Source: Acidimicrobiia bacterium
GTDB lineage: Bacteria > Actinomycetota > Acidimicrobiia > Spongiisociales > SHLN01
DNA: 64,000 bases
Reading direction: 5' to 3'
Assembly: GCA_013002865.1 (NCBI GenBank)
Contig: JABDLU010000202.1
Span: 1,062-65,061, forward strand
The translations under genes were made by a program, and so were the position numbers. The notes under the pieces were generated by a model that did not search any database, was not told where the DNA came from, and saw only the letters and a list, made by a program, of their open reading frames with translations. Each line of letters starts with the position of its first letter. Within the stretch, counting starts at the first letter, position 1. Below, piece after piece: positions 46,185-55,295 of this stretch.

Positions 46185-47117
46185 TCATTGGATGAGCGAG
46201 CCGATGCGCTGCACGGCCTCGTCGACGTCGGCCACGTGGCTGAAGGAGTGGACCTCGGAGTGGGGCACCGTCCGCTTCGCCATCGTGGCGGTGACGTTGC
46301 CGGGACCGATGTGCAGGAACATGCGCACGCCGGCGTCTCCCATGCCGCTGAGGGTTTGGGTGAACCGCACCGGCCCCACCACCTGCTGCAGAAGCGTGGT
46401 GCGCGGATCCTCGACCGGCCGGGCGGTCAGGTTGGCCCACACCGGGAAGGCGGCCTCGCCAAACTCGACTCGATCGAGTGCGTCGGCCAGCGGGCCGACC
46501 GCCGTCTCCATGAACGGCGTGTGGAAGGCACCGGCCACCTTGAGCGGGATCACCTTGCGGGCCCCGAAGTCGGCGGCCCGTTCGGCGAGCCAGTCAAGAT
46601 CGTGGGCGCCGCCCGCCAGCACCACCTGGCCGGGCCCGTTGAAGTTGGCAACCCATAGCCGCCCGCCGGCGGCCCGGCGCTCCATGGCGGCCTTTTCGGC
46701 GGCGTCGTCGTCGATGCCGAGCACCGCCGCCATGCCGGACGGCTCGCGACCGGCCGCCTCGGCCATGGCCCGGCCCCGGGCGGCCACCAGTTCGAGGCCG
46801 GCCTGGAAATCGATGACTCCGGCGGCGGTCAGCGCGGTGTACTCCCCCAGCGAATGCCCGGCGGCCGCAAACGGCGCTTCGCCGACCAGCGGCGCCAGCT
46901 CGTGCCACAAGGCATAGGAAAGCGCATAGATCGCCGGCTGAACGTGATCGGTCCGGAGCAACTCGGACTCGGGACCGTTCAGGCAAAGGTCGCGGAGGGA
47001 CCAGCCGAGGATGTCGTCGGCCTGGGGCCCGAGCAGGTCGGGGTGGCGGTCGAACAGGTCCGCCCCCATGCCGACGTGCTGAATTCCCTGACCGGGAAAG
47101 AGGATCGCGAATGTCAC
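46185..47117 (-). CDS. fabD: malonyl-CoA:ACP transacylase FabD
   Basis: N-terminus MTFAILFPGQGIQHVGMG; active-site GHSLGEY. Confidence 0.9.
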   Translation of the reverse strand: MTFAILFPGQGIQHVGMGADLFDRHPDLLGPQADDILGWSLRDLCLNGPESELLRTDHVQPAIYALSYALWHELAPLVGEAPFAAAGHSLGEYTALTAAGVIDFQAGLELVAARGRAMAEAAGREPSGMAAVLGIDDDAAEKAAMERRAAGGRLWVANFNGPGQVVLAGGAHDLDWLAERAADFGARKVIPLKVAGAFHTPFMETAVGPLADALDRVEFGEAAFPVWANLTARPVEDPRTTLLQQVVGPVRFTQTLSGMGDAGVRMFLHIGPGNVTATMAKRTVPHSEVHSFSHVADVDEAVQRIGSLIQ

Positions 47118-47252
47118 GGGCTTTCGACTCCTCGCAGCAGCTGCGGGTTACCGGGGCCCACACACGCCGGTGGGACGATTGTAGGGGTGGCTACTCGTCT
47201 CTGCCGGGGTTCGACCCTAAAGTCCCGCAGTGCGCCAACCGAGGTCCTCACG

Positions 47253-49376
47253 ATGATTGTCGACATTCCCCATACGCCAGGAGCCCAGATCGCCCTCCCC
47301 GAGGAGTTCGACCGGCTCTACGACATCGCCAACAACCTGTGGTGGGCCTGGGACGACGAGGCCAGCGAACTGTGGGCGCGCATCGATGCCCAGCGTTGGC
47401 ATGACGTGCAGAACCCGATTTCGTTCCTGCAGGGCGTCGAGCCAACCACCTGGGAGTCGCTGAGCGCCGACGCCCGGTTCATCGAGTCCTATAGCAAGGT
47501 CGTTCGCCGCTTCGACTCCTACATGGCGGCCGACGACACCTGGTTCGAGGACCAGAACTTCGAGATGCCGGGGCCGATTGCCTACCTCTGTACCGAGTAC
47601 GGGCTCCAGACCCGACTCCCGTTCTATTCCGGCGGCCTGGGCGTTCTGGCCGGCGACCACCTCAAGACGGCGTCCGATCTCGGCATTCCCATGCTGGCGG
47701 TGGGGCTCCTCTACCGGCGGGGCTACTTCCGCCAGGCCGTCGACCCAGGGGGCGGCCAGCAGCACTATTACCCCGCCCTCGACATCTCGCGACGCCCGAT
47801 CCACCCCATCGTCGGCCGGGGCGGCTCCCAGCTGCAAGTCGAGCTCGACTTTCCCGGCCGCAGCGTGATGGCGACCGCCTGGAAGCTCCAGGTCGGCCGG
47901 GTCCCTCTGATCATGCTGGACACCGACGTCGCCGAGAATGATCCGGCCGACCGGACGATCACCCATCACCTGTACGTCCGGGGCCGCGACATGCGCCTCG
48001 CCCAGGAGCTGGTGCTGGGGGTTGGCGCCGTCAAGGTGCTGCGCAAACTGGAGATCACACCGGCCGCCTGGCACGTCAACGAGGGCCACGCCGCCTTCAG
48101 CGTGCTGGAACGGACCGCCCGGCGCCTCCGGGAGGGCACCGGGTTCGACGAAGCCCAGCGCCAGGTGCGGGCCAAGACCCTGTTCACGCTGCACACACCG
48201 GTACCGGCCGGAAACGAGCGCTTCGATCTCGGCGCCGTACAGCGCTACACCGACTACCTGTTCCCCGAGATCGACGCCGCCACTATCGCCAAGCTTGGCC
48301 GCGCCAACGAGCACGACGAGGGCGCCTTCGACATGGGGGCGCTGGCGATCAGGTTTGCTTCCTACGTCAACGGCGTCAGCGCGCGCCACGGCGAGGTTGC
48401 CACCCAGCAGTGGAGCCATCTGATCGGCGGACCGGCCGACTCGGTCACCAACGGCGTACACGTGCCGACGTGGATCGGCCATTCCATCAACCGGGTATTC
48501 ACCGAGGCCGTCGGGACCGACTGGCCGTCTCATCTGACCGCTCAGAAGAAGTGGGAGGCGATCCGGGACGTGCCAGACGATGAGCTGTGGCACGCCCACC
48601 TGGCGCAGAAGAACGCCATGACCCGCCAGGTGCGGCGCCGCCAGATGGCCGAGTTCAGCCGTCATGGTGCCAGCCCGGACGTGCTTCGCGAGGTCCGCGA
48701 CATGCTGCCGGCCGATCGACTCACGATTGGGTTCGCCCGACGGTTCGCCACCTACAAGCGCGCCACGCTGCTGCTGCAGGATCTCCCCCGACTGCAGGCG
48801 ATCATGACGAATCCGGAACGCCCGGTGCAGTTCATCTTTGCCGGCAAGGCCCACCCGGCCGACACCGGTGGGCAGGAACTCATCCGTCGCGTAGTCGAGC
48901 TCTCGCAGCGGCCCGAGTTCCGGGGCCACCTGTTCTTCGTGGAGGACTACGACATGGCGGTCGGCCGGCTACTGACCGGCGGGTGCGACGTCTGGCTCAA
49001 CAACCCGGTGCCTCCCAAGGAGGCGAGCGGCACCTCCGGCATGAAGTCGTCGATGAACGGCGGTCTCAACCTGAGCGTGCCGGACGGCTGGTGGGCCGAA
49101 GGAGCCCATCCGGGCCAGAACGGCTGGACCTTCGGGCCGGATGGCCTCGAGCCCCACGGCGACGACTCCGATGCCGGCGGCCTGTACAGCCTGCTCGAGA
49201 ACGACGTGGTTCCCCTTTTCTACGACCGGGACGGTGACGGCGTTCCCAAGGGCTGGGTGCAAATGATGAAGGAGGCCATCGTGACGTCGGTGTTCGACTT
49301 CTCGACCCACCGCATGCTGATGGACTACGCCGCCAAGGCCTACTTCCCGCTCACCACGGCCGGGCTGGAGCAGTAG
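47253..49376 (+). CDS. glgP: alpha-glucan phosphorylase (GT35, GlgP/MalP family, actinobacterial-archaeal type)
   Basis: Start at the internal ATG (MIVDIPHTPGAQ). YLCTEYGL...LPFYSGGLGVLAGDHLK and the PLP-site region GTSGMKSSMNGGLNLSVPDGWW. Confidence 0.9.
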   Translation: MIVDIPHTPGAQIALPEEFDRLYDIANNLWWAWDDEASELWARIDAQRWHDVQNPISFLQGVEPTTWESLSADARFIESYSKVVRRFDSYMAADDTWFEDQNFEMPGPIAYLCTEYGLQTRLPFYSGGLGVLAGDHLKTASDLGIPMLAVGLLYRRGYFRQAVDPGGGQQHYYPALDISRRPIHPIVGRGGSQLQVELDFPGRSVMATAWKLQVGRVPLIMLDTDVAENDPADRTITHHLYVRGRDMRLAQELVLGVGAVKVLRKLEITPAAWHVNEGHAAFSVLERTARRLREGTGFDEAQRQVRAKTLFTLHTPVPAGNERFDLGAVQRYTDYLFPEIDAATIAKLGRANEHDEGAFDMGALAIRFASYVNGVSARHGEVATQQWSHLIGGPADSVTNGVHVPTWIGHSINRVFTEAVGTDWPSHLTAQKKWEAIRDVPDDELWHAHLAQKNAMTRQVRRRQMAEFSRHGASPDVLREVRDMLPADRLTIGFARRFATYKRATLLLQDLPRLQAIMTNPERPVQFIFAGKAHPADTGGQELIRRVVELSQRPEFRGHLFFVEDYDMAVGRLLTGGCDVWLNNPVPPKEASGTSGMKSSMNGGLNLSVPDGWWAEGAHPGQNGWTFGPDGLEPHGDDSDAGGLYSLLENDVVPLFYDRDGDGVPKGWVQMMKEAIVTSVFDFSTHRMLMDYAAKAYFPLTTAGLEQ

Positions 49377-49383
49377 CCGCCGG

Positions 49384-50556
49384 CTAGAGCTTGTCGAGCG
49401 CCTTGCGGATGCCCTTCACCGCCTGGGCGGTCCGGTGCTCGTTTTCCACCAGGGCGAAACGCACGTAGCCCTCGCCGGATGGACCGAACCCGATGCCGGG
49501 GCTCACCGCCACCCGCGCCTCGCGCAGCAGGTATTTGGCGAACTCGAGCGATCCCATGTCGGCGTACGGCCCGGGGATCTCGGCCCAGACGAACATCGTT
49601 GCCACCGGCTTCTCCACCTTCCAGCCGGCCCGGTTGAGCCCGTCGACCAGCACATCGCGCCGCTTCTTGTAGATCGCCGAGACCTGGGCCGGATAGGCAT
49701 CCTGCTCGTTTAGGGCGATGATCGACGCGATCTGGATGGGTTGAAAGGTGCCGTAGTCCAGGTAGGACTTGAGCTTGGCGAGGGCGGCGACCGCCGGGGC
49801 GTTGCCGACGACGAAGCCGACCCGCCACCCGGCCATCGAGTGTCCCTTGGTCAAGGTGTACAGCTCCACTCCCACCTCTTTGGCGCCCGGCACCTGCAGC
49901 AAAGACGGCGGCACATAGCCGTCGTAGTGCACGTCCGCATAGGCGAAGTCGTTGACCAGAAAGACGTCGTTCTCGTGCGCGAACGCCACCAGCCGCTCGA
50001 AGAACTCCAGCTCGACGACGGCGGTAGTCGGGTTGTGGGGGAAGGAGGTGAGGATCACCCGGGGGCGGGGCCAGCTCTGGGCGAACTCGTGGCGGAGCCG
50101 TTCGAAAAAATCCTCGTCCAGGCTGAGATGCACGCTGCGGACCTCGGCCCCGGCCAGCACGGGTGCATAGATGTGAATTGGATAGGACGGCTCGGGCACG
50201 AGGGCCACATCGCCCGGCTGAACCAGGGTCCACATCAGGTGGGCAAGCCCTTCCTTGGCCCCGATGGTGGTGATCGCCTCGGTGTCAGGATCGATCGTGA
50301 CGCCGAAGCGGCGCTGATAGCGATCGGCGATTGCCTTGCGGAGATTGGGGATGCCCCGCGAAGCCGAGTACCGGTGGTTCTTACCCTGCCGGGCGGCCTC
50401 GACGAGCTTGTCCACGACGGCCGGGGGCGACGGAATATCCGGGTTGCCGAATCCGAGGTCGACGATGTCGGCCCCGGCCCGGCGGGCGTCCAGCTTCAGC
50501 TGGTTCACCTCAGCGAAGACGTAGGGCGGGAGGTTAGAAATGCGGCGAAACTCCAT
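49384..50556 (-). CDS. PLP-dependent aminotransferase, class I (AspC/AlaA-like)
   Basis: Start at the internal ATG ([14 protein letters not shown]). The PLP lysine motif [14 protein letters not shown]. Confidence 0.85.
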   Translation of the reverse strand: MEFRRISNLPPYVFAEVNQLKLDARRAGADIVDLGFGNPDIPSPPAVVDKLVEAARQGKNHRYSASRGIPNLRKAIADRYQRRFGVTIDPDTEAITTIGAKEGLAHLMWTLVQPGDVALVPEPSYPIHIYAPVLAGAEVRSVHLSLDEDFFERLRHEFAQSWPRPRVILTSFPHNPTTAVVELEFFERLVAFAHENDVFLVNDFAYADVHYDGYVPPSLLQVPGAKEVGVELYTLTKGHSMAGWRVGFVVGNAPAVAALAKLKSYLDYGTFQPIQIASIIALNEQDAYPAQVSAIYKKRRDVLVDGLNRAGWKVEKPVATMFVWAEIPGPYADMGSLEFAKYLLREARVAVSPGIGFGPSGEGYVRFALVENEHRTAQAVKGIRKALDKL

Positions 50557-50600
50557 CCCGCCAAGGTAGCGGGACCGGCCCGAAATGCGATGAGATTCGC

Positions 50601-50990
50601 TCAGAAGCCGCGCAGGTAGCGCTTCACCGCCCGGCGGACCGGCCACGGCACGAGCGAGGCGCCCCACTCGATCACCCCCGAGACGATCTCGAGCACGTCC
50701 CCGGTGCCGTCCCAGTGCTCGTGAACTATGGCTTCGCCGGCCGATTCGAACATGGCATTGAGCGCAAAGGCGAGGATCATCAGGTCGTCGGCCCGTCCCA
50801 GGAACGGAATGAAGTCGGGGACGAAGTCGACCGGAGCAACGACGTAGCCGAGCGCGGCGCCCAGAAAAACTTTGTGTTTGGTGGAGACTCGCGGATCCTT
50901 CATCAGGCGATATCCGAGCGTCACGAGATTGGGCACTGCGGTGAGGGCTTTCTCGACCGCCGGGCTCCGGGAACTGGCCATGTCCGTCAT
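50601..50990 (-). CDS. DUF1232 (YkvA-like) membrane protein
   Basis: Motif [24 protein letters not shown]. Confidence 0.7.
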   Translation of the reverse strand: MTDMASSRSPAVEKALTAVPNLVTLGYRLMKDPRVSTKHKVFLGAALGYVVAPVDFVPDFIPFLGRADDLMILAFALNAMFESAGEAIVHEHWDGTGDVLEIVSGVIEWGASLVPWPVRRAVKRYLRGF

Positions 50991-51002
50991 GAGCGTGGCA
51001 GG

Positions 51003-51230
51003 TTAGTGACCGGCGTCCGGTTCCTGGGCCAGCAGATCCCGGGCCTGGACCTCATCGGACCCCAGCACCATCAGGCGCACCCCCCGGGTGAAATTCAGCT
51101 CGGGATGGATGCCGCCGGCGTTGTCGGTCTTCAAGTAGGCCTTGAGCCCGGCCGCCCGCAGCCGGGCACAGGCGATCTCGCCTTCCATGGCGGTGAAGTA
51201 GCGGCCGACCTCGACGATGTCATCGGTCAC
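51003..51230 (-). CDS. DUF2007-like small protein (putative signal-transducing protein)
   Basis: Likely GTG start at 51230 ([29 protein letters not shown]). The ORF track extends it to 51296. Confidence 0.5.
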   Translation of the reverse strand: MTDDIVEVGRYFTAMEGEIACARLRAAGLKAYLKTDNAGGIHPELNFTRGVRLMVLGSDEVQARDLLAQEPDAGH

Positions 51231-51240
51231 GGCGGACCGC

Positions 51241-51414
51241 CTACTCGATGTCGATGTGGACGACCCGATGCTCGGTGTCCTTGTCGTCCGGGCCACGCAG
51301 CTCTTCGAGAGCGGCGCTGACGGCCGCCAGCACTTCGGACACCGCCTTGACCAGGTGGTAGCCGGCTCGCTGGGCCGCTCGCTTGATGCGCTCTTCTTCT
51401 TCCTCGGGGCTCAT
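51241..51414 (-). CDS. unannotated 57-aa acidic, helical small protein, translationally coupled to the ArsA-like ATPase
   Basis: MSPEEEEERIKRAAQRAGYHLVKAVSEVLAAVSAALEELRGPDDKDTEHRVVHIDIE. Its ATG overlaps the ATPase TGA as ATGA, and GC3 is about 80%. It is missing from the ORF track, probably because it falls below the length cut-off. Confidence 0.45.
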   Translation of the reverse strand: MSPEEEEERIKRAAQRAGYHLVKAVSEVLAAVSAALEELRGPDDKDTEHRVVHIDIE

Positions 51415-52580
51415 CCGGGCTCTCCAAACGTCACTCGCAGGACGCCGCCTTCCAGCTTGGCCCGGCGCACCACCCGCCGGCGGAGGGAGTCCGGCAGGAT
51501 GAAGGCCCGCCGGTACGTCCCGACGGTGATGATCAGCTCTTCTCCGTACCGGACGACGTCCACTTCACTCTTGTCGGCAAACGGCACCGCCATAGCAAGC
51601 ACAACGTCGTCGCCGTCGTCGAGCACCTGAAACGGCTCAGAGTCCGACAGGCGGCTCGTCGGATCGATGTCGCCGTACAACTCGTCGCCAAGCAGGCGCA
51701 GCTTGTCGACGCCCACCATCTCCTCGTCGAACAGGCGCAGCCGGCGGATATCAACGTCGGCGAAGCCGTCTTCGATGTCTTCCAGATACTCCGCCTGAAC
51801 TTCCTGCCAGCGCTTGAAATATGGGTCCGTGATGGCGTCGGGCAGGACCCGGTTTACCACCACCCCGTCGACCGCATAGCCGAACAGGCCGAGATAGGTG
51901 TAGGTGCGGCGCGCCTCGTTGATCACCATCTTCTCGGGGTTGAGGACCAGCCGGGCGCTGGTCACGAACGGGTTGGTGAGGATGTCGCGTACCCCCTGGA
52001 TGCGGCCGTAGAACCCCTCCGCGGCGTCGAACACCTCGTCACCGGCGATGGGGATGGACACCACCTTGCTGAGGACGGGGCGCATGGCTTTGACCACCTT
52101 GCGCTCGACCGGGAAGATCTTGTCCATGTACCAGCCGAGGATCTCAGGGAGCGACAACAGCCGCAGCGTCTCGGCGGTCGGCGCACAGTCGACGACGAGC
52201 AAGTCGTAGGTGCCGGAGACGGCGTGGTCTTTGACATCGGCCAGGGCGAACAACTCGTCCATGCCGGGGAACACCGACAGCTCCTCAGCCTCGATGCCGC
52301 GCAGCCCGCTCCAATCGAACAGGTCGGTCAGGTACTCGCGCACCTCTCCCCAGTACTGCTCGAGCCGGTGCTGGGAGTCGATTTGCTGGGCAACCAGGTT
52401 GTCCGAGACCTCGATCGGCTCGTCGCCCAGTTTCATGTTGAAGGCGTCGGCCAGGCTGTGGGCCGGGTCGGTGGACATGACCAGCGTGCGGTGGCCGCGG
52501 TCGGCGGCCTTGAGAGCGGTGGCGGCGGCAACGGTGGTCTTACCGACCCCTCCCTTGCCGGTGACGAGCAGGACACGCAT
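51411..52580 (-). CDS. ArsA/Get3-family ATPase (anion-transporting ATPase-like)
   Basis: Deviant Walker A (LLVTGKGGVGKTTVAAATA) and DTAPTG-like motifs (LVVDCAPTAETLRLL). 389 aa. Confidence 0.85.
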   Translation of the reverse strand: MRVLLVTGKGGVGKTTVAAATALKAADRGHRTLVMSTDPAHSLADAFNMKLGDEPIEVSDNLVAQQIDSQHRLEQYWGEVREYLTDLFDWSGLRGIEAEELSVFPGMDELFALADVKDHAVSGTYDLLVVDCAPTAETLRLLSLPEILGWYMDKIFPVERKVVKAMRPVLSKVVSIPIAGDEVFDAAEGFYGRIQGVRDILTNPFVTSARLVLNPEKMVINEARRTYTYLGLFGYAVDGVVVNRVLPDAITDPYFKRWQEVQAEYLEDIEDGFADVDIRRLRLFDEEMVGVDKLRLLGDELYGDIDPTSRLSDSEPFQVLDDGDDVVLAMAVPFADKSEVDVVRYGEELIITVGTYRRAFILPDSLRRRVVRRAKLEGGVLRVTFGEPG

Positions 52581-53032
52581 CAGTCGGCGGCCGAGGCCAG
52601 CTCCTCTGCTCGATCCCGCAATCCCCGCAGCGCGGTGCCGACGATCTGCTTCTCGGCCTGGCGGCGCAGCATGCCGGGGACCTTGAAGTTGGGCTCGACC
52701 CGCAGCGCGTACACCACCTCGGTGCCGCCGTCCTCGAGGTCGTAGAACTCGTAGCGGCCCTCCATGGTTGCGATGTCGTCACCGGGCTCGGCGGTCCATT
52801 CGATCTTGGCGATCCCGTCGTAGGTGTAGTTGAGGACGTAGGTGATGGTGCGGATCATGCCGTCGACCACCAGACGGGCCCGGGCGGGGGTGCCGTCCTC
52901 GTTGACCGCGAGCACTTCGGTCTCGCGCACCCCGGTAGCCCACTCCGGGAAGTTCTCGACGTGGGCGGCGACGTCGAAGACGATCTCCGCCGGGGCGGAA
53001 ACTTCGATTGTCTGAACGGTGCCCTCAGCCAT
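52580..53032 (-). CDS. SRPBCC-family protein (polyketide cyclase/dehydrase-like START fold)
   Basis: 150 aa (MAEGTVQTIEVSAPAEIVFDVAAHVENFPEW). 1-nt stop/start overlap with the ATPase gene. Confidence 0.75.
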   Translation of the reverse strand: MAEGTVQTIEVSAPAEIVFDVAAHVENFPEWATGVRETEVLAVNEDGTPARARLVVDGMIRTITYVLNYTYDGIAKIEWTAEPGDDIATMEGRYEFYDLEDGGTEVVYALRVEPNFKVPGMLRRQAEKQIVGTALRGLRDRAEELASAAD

Positions 53033-53071
53033 AGTGCTCCTCGATCGCCCAAAGGCTAGCGAGGGGCCGAT

Positions 53072-53836
53072 TCAGGCGGAGGGGAGCTGAACCCCGCGCC
53101 CGGTCGCCCGGAAGTAGCCGACGTTCCGGCACCGGGTCTTTCCGACCCGCCAGTGTGTGGCCTGGGGCTGGTGGACATCGCCGAAGAAATGGAAGCGGGG
53201 TTGGTGGGCGGTCAGGTACTCCAGCACGGCCGGCGAGCCCTTCGACATTCCCCCGACAACGTCGCGCTGCAGGGCCGGAATCGCCGGGGCGACGTGCGTG
53301 CAGAGCACATCGACCGGACCAAGCGCATCGAGCCGGCGGCCCATCTCCTGATCTTCCAGCTCCCCGGGCACATTCAGTCCCGACCGCACGCCGCCACCAA
53401 CGATGCCGACGACATACCCCTCGATCTCGAGCCGGTCGTGCTCGATGAAGCGGCTCCCGGCGGGCAGATGGCGGGTAAGCACATCGACCCGGTCGACATT
53501 GCCGTAGGTGACATAAGCGTCGGCGCCGGAGAGGGCCCCCATGATGTCGATGTAGGCCTCCTCGACCAGCTCGGTGTGGCGGCGCCGCAACTCGTCCTCC
53601 CGGCCTTCGGCCCGCTGCTGCCACAGCGCCCGGGCGTCGTCGAAGCGTCCCTCCATGCGCAGCCCGACCAGGTCGGCGACGAAGTCCCGCCCGGAGAGCT
53701 CGGCCAGGATGCCGTCGAAATTCCGATAGTCGGTGAAGTTGATCAGATCGCCCAGCACGAGCAGAGGCTCATCGATGGATTCAACGAGCGTGCGGAGCTT
53801 GCTGCTGGCGCCGTGCACATCGGCGACGAGGATCAT
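53072..53836 (-). CDS. metallophosphoesterase (calcineurin-like)
   Basis: Start at the internal ATG (MILVADVHGASSKL). Motifs DVHG, GDLINFTDY, GNVD and GDVH. Confidence 0.75.
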   Translation of the reverse strand: MILVADVHGASSKLRTLVESIDEPLLVLGDLINFTDYRNFDGILAELSGRDFVADLVGLRMEGRFDDARALWQQRAEGREDELRRRHTELVEEAYIDIMGALSGADAYVTYGNVDRVDVLTRHLPAGSRFIEHDRLEIEGYVVGIVGGGVRSGLNVPGELEDQEMGRRLDALGPVDVLCTHVAPAIPALQRDVVGGMSKGSPAVLEYLTAHQPRFHFFGDVHQPQATHWRVGKTRCRNVGYFRATGRGVQLPSA

Positions 53837-54108
53837 GGAGCGAGCCGGGCGATGGCGCCGGCCGCGATCGCCCCGACGATGGCAGCGCCGGCAGTTGCCG
53901 CGGTCGGCCATCCGGCGTAGGCGGCCGACAATCCGGCCATCCCGAAGCCAAACACGCCCGCCACCGCAGTGCGCCCGTTCGTCCCGAGGCGCTCATCGGG
54001 GTCGATCCCCTCCCAGCCGTCGACCGAGGCGGCAACGGCCGAGGTGATGATCCAGCCGAGCAGCCCGAGAAAGCCAACCCCCAGGGCAATGGCGAACACG
54101 GCTCTCAT
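53833..54108 (-). CDS. small membrane protein, hypothetical
   Basis: 91 aa with two or three Gly/Ala-rich TM segments. ATGA overlap with the metallophosphoesterase start. Confidence 0.5.
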   Translation of the reverse strand: MRAVFAIALGVGFLGLLGWIITSAVAASVDGWEGIDPDERLGTNGRTAVAGVFGFGMAGLSAAYAGWPTAATAGAAIVGAIAAGAIARLAP

Positions 54109-54145
54109 GCGGGAAACTCCATATCGTCAGCGTACCGACCCCCGG

Positions 54146-55261
54146 TCACGAGCCCTCCGATTCGTAAAGCGCCCGCTCGATTTCAGCCAGTGCCTCCGGA
54201 TCGCTCTCGTGCCGCAGGGCATCGCTGAGCGCCGCTCGAGCCATGGGCCCGCCGATGCGGCCGAGCGCCCACGCCGCCTGGGTCCGGACGAATGCGGCGT
54301 CGGAGTGGAGCTGATCGACCACAGCCGGAACGGCCCGGCTGTCGCCGCTGTGCCCAAGGGCTATCACCGCATTGCGGCGCAGGTAGTGGGGGTCGCGGCG
54401 GGGAATATAGAAATGTCCGAACTCCTCGAGCAGCGCCTCGTCCGAGGTTTCCAGAATGTCGACAAGGTCGACCCGGCCGGCCGGGGTGGACGACCCGGCG
54501 GCCAGCCGCTGCCCGGGTGGGCAGGCGTCCAGGCAGTCGTCACACCCGTAGAAGCGATCCCCCCACGCCGACCGCACCTCCGGCGGGATCGGACCCGGTG
54601 TCTGCGCCCAGTAGGAGATGCACTTGGTGGCGTCGAGTACGCCTTCGGTGTCGAGGGCCCCGGTCGGGCACGCCGGGATGCAGGCCGTGCAGGTGCCGCA
54701 GTCACGCACCATCGGGTCGGCAACCGGGAGGGGCGCATCGGTGACGATCGATCCCAGCAGCAGCCACGGGCCGAAGCGGGGCGCCAGCGCCATCGTGCTC
54801 TTGCCCCACCAGGCAACGCCCGCTCGCACGGCCGCCGCTCGATCAACGAGCCGGTTGTCATCGACCAGAACCTCGGCCCGGTGACCGGCCGAGCGCAGCA
54901 GCCCGGCCAGGTGGACGAGGGCCGACCGGAGCGGGGCATAGTGGTCGGCAGTGGCGAAGCGGGCGATCCGGCCCGTGTTGGAGACCGGCGGTCCCGGATC
55001 ACCGGCGGCGGGAAGATAGCCGACGCTGCCAACCACGAGGCGCTCGGCCCACTGGTAGGTCTGTCGGATATCGGTGGCGGCGTGGGGGTCCCGGTAAGTG
55101 AAGCGGGCCCGGCCGGCTTCGCCCGACGTCAGCCGGCGCTCCATCTCGGTACGAGTGTCGGCGAATGGCTCAACCCGGCACACGCCGAATCCGGCCAGAC
55201 CGGCCTGCTGTGCTCCCGCCTGCAGCCGCGCGTGAAGGTCGGCGAGTCCGGTTGACACCAT
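54146..55261 (-). CDS. queG: epoxyqueuosine reductase QueG
   Basis: Ferredoxin-type CxxCxxCxxxCP (CGTCTACIPACP) with a second cluster (CDDCLDACP), plus C-terminal HEAT-like repeats. Confidence 0.85.
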   Translation of the reverse strand: MVSTGLADLHARLQAGAQQAGLAGFGVCRVEPFADTRTEMERRLTSGEAGRARFTYRDPHAATDIRQTYQWAERLVVGSVGYLPAAGDPGPPVSNTGRIARFATADHYAPLRSALVHLAGLLRSAGHRAEVLVDDNRLVDRAAAVRAGVAWWGKSTMALAPRFGPWLLLGSIVTDAPLPVADPMVRDCGTCTACIPACPTGALDTEGVLDATKCISYWAQTPGPIPPEVRSAWGDRFYGCDDCLDACPPGQRLAAGSSTPAGRVDLVDILETSDEALLEEFGHFYIPRRDPHYLRRNAVIALGHSGDSRAVPAVVDQLHSDAAFVRTQAAWALGRIGGPMARAALSDALRHESDPEALAEIERALYESEGS

Positions 55262-55295
55262 CCCGGCAGGCTATCGGGGCACCTAACATGCGCGG

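Noticed and set aside
47170-47225. tRNA-like T-loop sequence GGGGTTCGACCC in the fabD/glgP divergent intergenic region
   Set aside because: The flanks do not form a T-stem, acceptor stem or anticodon arm. It is probably chance similarity or part of a promoter or 5' UTR.
51227-51427. 66-aa ORF from the track (MESPDEPRGRRRAHQ...)
   Set aside because: It is Arg/Gly-rich and motif-less. The overlapping frame 51241-51414 has a start coupled to the ATPase stop and coding-like codon usage, so it is the preferred call.
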